Source: a virus. From it: a stretch of DNA of 6,302 bases. The notes beneath the pieces were generated by a model, which made no database searches, had not been told where the DNA came from, and saw only the letters and a list, made by a program, of their open reading frames with translations. The position numbers and the translations under genes are program-made. This document shows, one piece after another, positions 1-5,157 of the stretch (the stretch's first letter is position 1; every line of letters begins with the position of its first letter). Location of the stretch: positions 1 through 6,302 of the IMG/VR virus record IMGVR_UViG_3300009421_000003; one strand, written 5' to 3'.

Positions 1-123
1 GTGTCTTGATTGACCTTATGTGCGGCTAATATTTTTTTTAAGTCGTTTGGTTTGGTGTCACAACCGATTAATTTTTCATAAGAATCAGAACATGCAAAAG
101 TACCGTTGATATAATCTTCATAA
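1..123. repeat. Terminal direct repeat, left copy, identical to 6180..6302; signature of a circular 6179-nt genome opened inside gene I
   Basis: Base-by-base comparison of 1-123 (gtgtcttgattgacc...atcttcataa) with 6180-6302 shows no mismatch. The repeat lies inside an open reading frame that is continuous across the junction. Confidence 0.95.
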
Positions 124-923
124 CTTTCGGCAGTCCAAGACGCAAGCGCGTATCCAAGCAGACTACCGATTAATAAAAAAGGGAAAACCGACCAATTGTG
201 TATGCCATTTATATAATTCCTTAGTTTAGTTGTGTAGCGGCCATAAACATAATAAGGGGGTAAAATTGACCTTATTGGATCTGAAACATCAGAAAAGCCC
301 TGTTCCGTGTCGTAAGCACTATATAAGTCAGTACCTCGATACATCCAACGGTCTACTATTGTAGAAGTCTCTTTTTCACCGTACCGAACCAAGCCTATGT
401 GTAATTTCATCCCTGTTAAGGGTTTACCGAATAAAAATTTATAAGGAGCAGATAGGAAAGGAATGGAGTATTTGTCCATTCTTCTACAATAAACAACATG
501 CTCACAAAATAAGTCCCTAAATTGTTTATCCATGACAGAAATATCTTGAATAATAAAGAAGATATCCCACCGCTTTTTTCGGGCGTGAATCATCCAATTT
601 ATTAAGCCTTGGCGGTTCTTATCTCGATAGTCTCTAGAATTTAACCATTTTGCACATTCATCGAGCACTAGAGCACCATTGTAGTCATCGGATTTTATAG
701 CACCGTCATAACCTTTACCTATCGCGTTTAAATCTTCTTCCGTTGGTATATCCGGTAACCTAATAACATTGGTTTTTTTTGCGAATGGATTTACTAATTT
801 TTCTAAATTTAAATCTAAATTAGTTGCTACCCTGCGTTTAGAATTTAAGTATTTTTGGATACGTGACACAGCAACAAGCGTTTTACCTGCACCTAATTTC
901 CCAGTGACACAATAAACAGCCAT
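1..923 (-). CDS. Phage assembly/export ATPase, Ff gene I (pI) / Zot family, 5' part (aa 1-307). The ORF leaves the left edge and continues at 6179..5951, 383 aa in total
   Basis: Manual translation from ATG 923..921 gives MAVYCVTGKLGAGKTLVAVSRIQKYL..ATNLDLNL.. with Walker A GKLGAGKT, Walker B-like ALVLDECAKWLNSR, then HARKKRWDIFFIIQD and EHVVYCRRMD, with no stop down to base 1. These blocks closely match the M13/fd pI sequence as I remember it (MAVYFVTGKLGSGKTLV.., LLVLDECGTWFNTR, HARKLGWDIIFLVQD, EHVVYCRRLD). A TM segment WSVFPFLLIGSLLGYALA follows. The start overlaps the upstream stop as TAATG. It is missing from the ORF track because it is truncated by the window edge. Confidence 0.93.
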   Translation of the reverse strand, partial: MAVYCVTGKLGAGKTLVAVSRIQKYLNSKRRVATNLDLNLEKLVNPFAKKTNVIRLPDIPTEEDLNAIGKGYDGAIKSDDYNGALVLDECAKWLNSRDYRDKNRQGLINWMIHARKKRWDIFFIIQDISVMDKQFRDLFCEHVVYCRRMDKYSIPFLSAPYKFLFGKPLTGMKLHIGLVRYGEKETSTIVDRWMYRGTDLYSAYDTEQGFSDVSDPIRSILPPYYVYGRYTTKLRNYINGIHNWSVFPFLLIGSLLGYALASWTAESYEDYINGTFACSDSYEKLIGCDTKPNDLKKILAAHKVNQD

Positions 924-1195
924 TAAGACAAAATACCAATTTTAAAGCGTAGAGTTTGCATTGTAATTGAATATACAGTTCCTGCAGTTTTCGTAGCAGT
1001 ACCGATTGTAAGAACAGTTTGCAAGTTTGGCGGTGAAAAATACGACACCGTTTGAAGATTGAAACTGTTCAAAATCTGCGTAGTTGTGACACCTATAAAC
1101 GTAAAAAATATATTGTAAGCGGCGGCAAACAAAACAAAAATCAAAGAAAATATGATAATTTTCTTAGCATTACGTAGTAGAAAATCAACCCCCAT
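923..1195 (-). CDS. Minor coat protein, pVI-like (positional analogue of Ff gVI / CTXphi Ace), 90 aa, hydrophobic
   Basis: The ORF sits between the pIII-like and pI-like genes. A strong SD, AAGGGG, lies 6 nt upstream of ATG 1195. There is a hydrophobic N-terminal segment (IIIFSLIFVLFAAAYNIFFTFIGV). The start overlaps the pIII-like stop by 11 nt and the stop overlaps the gene I start (TAATG). Confidence 0.65.
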   Translation of the reverse strand: MGVDFLLRNAKKIIIFSLIFVLFAAAYNIFFTFIGVTTTQILNSFNLQTVSYFSPPNLQTVLTIGTATKTAGTVYSITMQTLRFKIGILS

Positions 1196-2519
1196 GTTGT
1201 CCCCTTAATACACTATGAAATTCATTCCAAACGAAGGAAAGAAGAATTAACCATAAAACAATTTCGGCTGTAGAATTAACATGGGGCGCTATAGAACAGA
1301 CGTCCAAAGTTGACTGGCCGATTGATGGATTGACACACTGAGAATTTGCAAACATTGCTCCAACACTAGATATCCCAACATCGTCAGAAGAAGTGGGAAC
1401 AACTATTCCAAGTTCTTCGGGAGTTGAATTAATTAATCCTGTTATTGCGGCGTTTGTTGCATCTCCGTTTTTTTCTTCTAGTTGTTCGGAAATACCATCT
1501 AGGGAATTATCAATTTGATTTAGAGCTTGGTTAGTATCAGCCGTTAAATCATTGTTTTTAATTCCAACACTTTCAAGACTTTCTATATTTGCGTTTGTAG
1601 TGTTGCCTTGGTCAATTAATTCGTTTAAAGCGCCTACAATAGCCGTGTCGTTAAAATTTGTTGACTCACCAACCGCATCAACACTGTAATTAATACCACC
1701 TGTAGACCCTGAATAGGATACTTCACCGAACCAGTTAGCATCATCATTTGGTTGCGTATCTTGTTGGTCTGGAATTCCGTCCCCGTCTGAATCGCCTTTT
1801 ACGTTTGGGTCGTTTGGGTCGGGGTCGAAAACATCGGGCGTACCGTCTGCGTCTACATCGTTTAAACAATTCTGAGTAGGTATATTGAAGCTATAACCTG
1901 CATCACAAGAGCGGTTAGAATCACCACAAGAATAAGACTTATCTCCTGCACCTAGATATTGAAATTCTGTCAATATTTGACCATCGGCGGCACATTGTTG
2001 TTCTGCAGCTTGCCTACATGATCCCCTATCTTCACAGTCTATAAAATCAGTTGGTGAATCTTCACAGCCTAGTGTGTTAACGGGGCATTCACAAGCTGAG
2101 CCATCCTCGTTTGGTTGTTCGGGTGCAGTACACTGTAACGGGGGCTGTTCTGGTTCTTCTGGTTCTTCTGGTTGTGGGCAGTATTCGTGTGTATTGTCGG
2201 GATCATCGCAAGCGTCCGTTTGACCATAATTGATTAAATCCTCTTCAGTGTAAAAGTATCCTTGACCCTGATTGTTAGTGGGAATAGGTGTGCCCCATTC
2301 TTCATATACACGCCAACATGCACCACTTGCACCACAAGAGTATTGACCGCCGTGGCTTGTACCACCATCTGAACGCAAATAGGCGGCGGCGGCGTGGGGA
2401 TCGTCAAACGTGCCAAAACCTACAAATTCGGTGCCTGATATTTTATAAGCATAGGCCGTAGGACTTGCATTAGCTGAAACGGTAAAGAATAAGGCAATAA
2501 GTAAAAATAGATGCTTCAT
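1185..2519 (-). CDS. Adsorption / minor tip protein, pIII-like, 444 aa: signal peptide, Cys-rich modules, PEEPEEPEQP linker, TSP type-3-like Asp repeats, C-terminal membrane anchor
   Basis: Signal peptide MKHLFLLIALFFTVSANA. There are 16 Cys in paired spacing. The C-terminal pattern (two Cys then a TM, CVNPSIGQSTLDVCSIAPHVNSTAEIVLWLILLSFVWNEF) resembles the Ff g3p C-domain layout. The position between coat and pVI-like genes fits. SD AAGG lies 8 nt before the ATG, and the start overlaps the upstream stop as ATGA. Confidence 0.8.
   Translation of the reverse strand: MKHLFLLIALFFTVSANASPTAYAYKISGTEFVGFGTFDDPHAAAAYLRSDGGTSHGGQYSCGASGACWRVYEEWGTPIPTNNQGQGYFYTEEDLINYGQTDACDDPDNTHEYCPQPEEPEEPEQPPLQCTAPEQPNEDGSACECPVNTLGCEDSPTDFIDCEDRGSCRQAAEQQCAADGQILTEFQYLGAGDKSYSCGDSNRSCDAGYSFNIPTQNCLNDVDADGTPDVFDPDPNDPNVKGDSDGDGIPDQQDTQPNDDANWFGEVSYSGSTGGINYSVDAVGESTNFNDTAIVGALNELIDQGNTTNANIESLESVGIKNNDLTADTNQALNQIDNSLDGISEQLEEKNGDATNAAITGLINSTPEELGIVVPTSSDDVGISSVGAMFANSQCVNPSIGQSTLDVCSIAPHVNSTAEIVLWLILLSFVWNEFHSVLRGQHGG
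2139..2177. repeat. Short tandem 9-bp repeat (tggttcttc x2 plus degenerate flanks) encoding the PEEPEEPEQP linker of the pIII-like protein
   Basis: Read directly: ctgttc tggttcttc tggttcttc tggttgtgg. A second 9-bp tandem, cgtttgggt x2 at 1802-1819, encodes DPNDPN. Confidence 0.85.
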
Positions 2520-3022
2520 GTTGCGGCCTTAATACCATTTACGAATATTTTTAACGACATTGAAAGCAAGAATCCTATAAAAAAGGCGGCTAATGAATAT
2601 TTTAATAATTCGATGTAATCAAAGTCATAAGAATTATTTTGCTGTTCTGGTTCTTCATTTTGTATAGTAGAAGATTCATTTGTTTGGTTGGATTCTTCCA
2701 CATAGTATTGGCAATAATAATATATATAGTCGTAATCACAGCCATTGACGTAGTTATCTGGTATGTCTTGTTCGTTTGCTAAAAAAGTAAAATTTTCTTG
2801 TCCAAAAGGTTCGACCATATCGGCAACCCTTACGGCGTAGCTAGAACTGGTTTCCTCGTAAATACAATCTGTATCAGCAAGCTCATAACAAATTGAGCTA
2901 AAATCTGTATGATTTCCGATGTATGGGTAAAACAGGTTTCCATTAGTTAATGAAAGCGAGTAAGCAAAGCTAGAAAAAGCGGAGAATATAAGTGTCAATA
3001 ACGGAATTAAAATAATACGCAT
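2516..3022 (-). CDS. Secreted, C-terminally anchored 168-aa protein; putative second adsorption/minor coat protein (mini-pIII architecture with a pVIII-like C-terminus)
   Basis: Signal peptide MRIILIPLLTLIFSAFSSFA. Two Cys pairs (CYELADTDC, CDYDYIYYYC), an acidic linker NEEPEQQ, a TM segment LAAFFIGFLLSMSL and a basic tail KIFVNGIKAAT. It lies between the major coat and pIII-like genes and is translationally coupled to pIII (ATGA). Confidence 0.6.
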   Translation of the reverse strand: MRIILIPLLTLIFSAFSSFAYSLSLTNGNLFYPYIGNHTDFSSICYELADTDCIYEETSSSYAVRVADMVEPFGQENFTFLANEQDIPDNYVNGCDYDYIYYYCQYYVEESNQTNESSTIQNEEPEQQNNSYDFDYIELLKYSLAAFFIGFLLSMSLKIFVNGIKAAT

Positions 3023-3040
3023 AATTTTAAAGACCTAAGG

Positions 3041-3072
3041 AAGAAAAAAGGGGGTGTGTGTGCCCCCTTCTT
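3041..3072 (-). terminator. Rho-independent terminator immediately downstream of the major coat gene
   Basis: The minus strand reads AAGAAGGGGG-CACACACA-CCCCCTTTTTTCTT: a 7-bp GC-rich stem (3048-3054 / 3063-3069), an 8-nt loop and a U-tract, starting 8 nt after the coat stop codon. This is the same position as the strong terminator after gene VIII in Ff phages. Confidence 0.85.
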
Positions 3073-3077
3073 GGTGA

Positions 3078-3308
3078 TTAGGTTGCGGCCGCAAAGATAC
3101 GCTTAACCCACTTAATACCGATAAATAAAGTCATAACGGCGGCTAGAATTGAATACGCTAGAGGTGTGTATAGAGCCAATTCGCCCTGTAGATTTGTGAA
3201 AGCATCAGTCACGGCTACATCTAAAGCGGCGTGTGATGATGTGGAGAACATTACAGCAGTTAACGCTGTGGCTAAAATAGCACTTTTTTTCTTAGTCATG
3301 TTAAACAT
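3078..3308 (-). CDS. Major coat protein (pVIII-like) precursor, 76 aa; about 27-aa signal peptide plus about 49-aa mature protein
   Basis: MFNMTKKKSAILATALTAVMFSTSSHA / ALDVAVTDAFTNLQGE (acidic N-terminus), LALYTPLAYSILAAVMTLFIGI (hydrophobic core) and KWVKRIFAAAT (basic C-terminus) match the canonical inovirus coat layout. SD AGGAA lies 6 nt upstream, and a terminator follows directly. Confidence 0.9.
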   Translation of the reverse strand: MFNMTKKKSAILATALTAVMFSTSSHAALDVAVTDAFTNLQGELALYTPLAYSILAAVMTLFIGIKWVKRIFAAAT

Positions 3309-3363
3309 GTTATTTTCCTATTTGCAGTTTTACTGCGTTAAGTTGTGGGGCTTATTCCCCGTT

Positions 3364-3465
3364 TTAATTGCCAATGGGGTTGAACAGACAACCAAGGCAA
3401 AAACTGGTTACTATTGAGAACGCACTCAATATTTGTACTAAAATTTCAAACTGTTCTACGGTCAT
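3364..3465 (-). CDS. Small hydrophobic minor coat protein, pVII/pIX-like, 33 aa (below the ORF-track size cutoff)
   Basis: Manual translation: ATG ACC GTA GAA CAG... gives MTVEQFEILVQILSAFSIVTSFCLGCLFNPIGN then TAA. It starts 2 nt after the stop of the upstream gene and sits between the ssDNA-binding-like and coat genes, as gVII/gIX do in Ff. It has the same length as M13 pVII and a similar hydrophobic core (..ISVVLCFALGIILGG.., as remembered). Confidence 0.6.
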   Translation of the reverse strand: MTVEQFEILVQILSAFSIVTSFCLGCLFNPIGN

Positions 3466-3467
3466 GC

Positions 3468-3770
3468 TTAAGCACTCTTAAGTTGTTCAGTTTGTTTTAA
3501 AATCTTTATGTCTTTTTCATCGCGTATAAAGAAACCTGCTCCGCTTTCAGACTTCCATTGTTCAAAAGACACATCAACTGTAGAGCCTATTAAGCCCTGA
3601 TAGCGATTAGGATTAGAGTTCTTAGGCAATTTATATGTTTCCAACTGAAAACGGTCGGAAGTATCACCCTTAGCGGCTTCTTTTAGAATTTGTATGCCAA
3701 AACGGTTCTGATCCCTTTGCGAACTTGCGTCATAAACGTGGAGTAATTTTCCAATTAGTGTGATATTCAT
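3468..3770 (-). CDS. Putative ssDNA-binding protein (gene V positional analogue), 100 aa
   Basis: A soluble 100-aa ORF immediately downstream of rep, with a TAATG stop/start overlap and SD AAGGT 7-8 nt upstream. The assignment is positional only; I recognise no motif. Confidence 0.55.
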   Translation of the reverse strand: MNITLIGKLLHVYDASSQRDQNRFGIQILKEAAKGDTSDRFQLETYKLPKNSNPNRYQGLIGSTVDVSFEQWKSESGAGFFIRDEKDIKILKQTEQLKSA

Positions 3771-4882
3771 TATGCTACCTTTAGATATTTAATAGGTTTG
3801 TAGAAACTTGGCGCTACAAATTCGCCTTTGTTAATTTCAATAGATTTGCTAATTTTAACGGGACTAAAACGGGTAACGTCACAAGCATATTTAATATCTA
3901 TACCTATACGGCGGAGTCTTGCTCTATGCTCTTGCACCTGTCTTTTTGAAAAATCAAATGTTTGGCCATGCATCCAATTAAAGACGTAAAAAGCCGATGT
4001 ATTAGCCGCTCTATAATCCTTGCAAACACCTTCATTTATAAGTGTGTCTGCAATCGTGTGCATATCCATTTTAGTAACTTTTATCCGTTCATCTAAAGAC
4101 ATTAATTGTCTAATTGGTTCTTTAAGTTCTTCCATACAATGCAACCCGTAAAATTGATTATTTTTCTGTTTTAACAGTTCATATCGTAGGCCAGTTTCAA
4201 ACCTGACTACACCGTTAAAGCTTAGATTTTCTGATAGTTCTTTGAGGTATAAATATTCGTTGGAGTTAGCGCCATATTGACGTTTAGCACTTGGTAAAGC
4301 GCGTAAATTTATTTCGTTTGATTTATCGTAAACCTTTGCATAAATAAGCCGAGCGTTACCGCTTTTAGATAGCCAGTCACAAGTCTTACCATTCGTGTGC
4401 AAGCGTGGGATTAAATGTCTGTATGGTTGAGTCGATAAAGCTTTAATGTAATCGTCTGCGTGTCCACCAGTTGTAACCATTGAACAGAGATCAACACGTT
4501 TAATAATTGCACCGTCAGAGTAGATGGTAGTTTTTTTATCTTCTGAGGTTTGACCCATAAGCAATCGAGTACATTTTGTAAAAACAGGCAAGCCCAATGA
4601 AGATAATATTTCATTGTATAGATTTACGCAGTTTTCTAGAGAAGTGAAACCAATCACATTATCTAATCTACCGTATTTGCTAGGGTTGCCGTCCATTGTA
4701 ATAGTTGAGCCAGTTATTTTAATTGTTATGAATGTAGAAAAAGAACCTTCATGTTTAATGGTAGGTTGCTTTGTGTCTGAACATTCGCCAGTTTGTATAT
4801 ATACGTTTTTATAGGAATTTTCAGAAACTAAAGGTAGTTCTCTCTTGAAATCCTGTGTTATTTTTAACCAATCTATAAACAT
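3770..4882 (-). CDS. Rolling-circle replication initiator, pII / RstA / Phage_CRI family, 370 aa from ATG 4882 (the ORF track extends it to TTG at 4942)
   Basis: The N-terminus MFIDWLKIT is typical of this family (Ff pII begins MIDML). The GNPSKYGRLDNVIG block corresponds to the pII ASPAKVLQGHNVFG block, and GVVRFETGLRYELLKQ corresponds to pII GLVRFEARIKTRYLKS (remembered sequences). The TTG at 4942 is the first three bases of a perfect TTGACA -35 hexamer, so the 20-aa extension is very unlikely to be translated. Confidence 0.9.
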   Translation of the reverse strand: MFIDWLKITQDFKRELPLVSENSYKNVYIQTGECSDTKQPTIKHEGSFSTFITIKITGSTITMDGNPSKYGRLDNVIGFTSLENCVNLYNEILSSLGLPVFTKCTRLLMGQTSEDKKTTIYSDGAIIKRVDLCSMVTTGGHADDYIKALSTQPYRHLIPRLHTNGKTCDWLSKSGNARLIYAKVYDKSNEINLRALPSAKRQYGANSNEYLYLKELSENLSFNGVVRFETGLRYELLKQKNNQFYGLHCMEELKEPIRQLMSLDERIKVTKMDMHTIADTLINEGVCKDYRAANTSAFYVFNWMHGQTFDFSKRQVQEHRARLRRIGIDIKYACDVTRFSPVKISKSIEINKGEFVAPSFYKPIKYLKVA

Positions 4883-4913
4883 TAAAATATATACTTTAGT
4901 AGAATAGTGGAAA

Positions 4914-4942
4914 AGTAAACCAAAAGGTAAAAATAATGTCAA
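4914..4942 (-). promoter_or_regulatory. Candidate sigma70 promoter for rep and the downstream operon
   Basis: Minus strand: TTGACA (4942..4937), 17-nt spacer, TTTACT (4919..4914). This puts the TSS roughly 25 nt upstream of ATG 4882. The -35 overlaps the start codon of the divergent regulator gene. No clear SD precedes the rep ATG. Confidence 0.5.
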
Positions 4943-5157
4943 GGTCTATTAAGCTAAATAACAGACAGGACGAATTATTAAAACACATGGCTGTGAAAGA
5001 AACAGTTGAAAGAAACAAGCCAATTACAATACACAAATTAGTGAAAGAGCTTGTTGATTTGTATTTAGAGAGTAATAAAACAATCGCGGAAGTCCGCGGC
5101 AATGTGGGGGTGTCACAGACATCCCCCACAACCCAAAAGCAAGAAAAAGAGCGTTAA
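4936..5157 (+). CDS. Small DNA-binding regulator, ribbon-helix-helix-like (Arc/CopG type), 73 aa; the only gene on the + strand, divergent from rep (positional analogue of CTXphi RstR)
   Basis: MSRSIKLNNRQDELLKHMAVKETVERNKPITIHKLVKELVDLYLES fits a beta-strand (SIKLN), helix A, turn and helix B pattern, followed by a polar tail. SD AAGG lies 8-9 nt upstream of the ATG. A possible promoter is TAAACA (4876-4881), 18 nt, TAGAAT (4900-4905). Confidence 0.55.
   Translation: MSRSIKLNNRQDELLKHMAVKETVERNKPITIHKLVKELVDLYLESNKTIAEVRGNVGVSQTSPTTQKQEKER
5085..5129. promoter_or_regulatory. Two adjacent GC-rich hairpins (candidate origin / packaging-signal / terminator structures) inside the 3' end of the regulator ORF
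   Basis: The first is CGCGGA-AG-TCCGCG (5085-5098). The second is GTGGGGGTGTC-ACA-GACA(T)CCCCCAC (5104-5129), an 11-bp stem with one bulged T and a 3-nt loop. Both stand out against an AT-rich genome. Confidence 0.5.

Noticed and set aside
31-38. A8/T8 homopolymer runs inside gene I (31-38 and 773-780) as slippage or phase-variation sites
   Set aside because: They encode Lys-Lys in frame within an AT-rich, Lys-rich gene. Nothing in the sequence indicates alternative frames with meaningful products, and the two copies of the 31-38 tract in the window are identical. This is speculation only.
1-123. Terminal repeats as LTR / IS ends / att sites of an integrated element
   Set aside because: The repeats are direct, lie within the coding sequence of gene I, and restore a single intact ORF when the molecule is circularised. 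That fits circular permutation or a tandem copy, not element termini.
241-260. dif-like XerD-arm matches (TTATGTTTATG on the minus strand here; CATGTTAAAC at 3297-3306)
   Set aside because: They match the XerD arm at only about 8/11, have no adjacent XerC arm at the correct 6-nt spacing, and both lie inside coding sequence. They are probably chance matches in AT-rich DNA.
2234-2416. 60-aa minus-strand ORF in an alternative frame inside the pIII-like gene
   Set aside because: It is an overlapping out-of-frame ORF with no SD, and is most simply a by-product of the GC-richer composition of this segment.
3166-3417. 83-aa plus-strand ORF antisense to the major coat gene
   Set aside because: It lies entirely antisense to the well-supported coat gene and the 33-aa ORF. 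It has no SD, and its sequence looks like the mirror of a hydrophobic coat gene. This is a typical shadow ORF.
4614-4814. 66-aa plus-strand ORF, and the 67-aa minus-strand ORF at 4411..4614, inside rep
   Set aside because: Both are nested in or antisense to the rep gene, in alternative frames. Neither has ribosome-binding sites or recognisable features.
3770-4882. Internal in-frame gene X-like product of rep
   Set aside because: Several internal Met codons exist in the C-terminal third (MSLDERIKV, MDMHTIA), but none has a convincing SD upstream. This cannot be supported from sequence alone.
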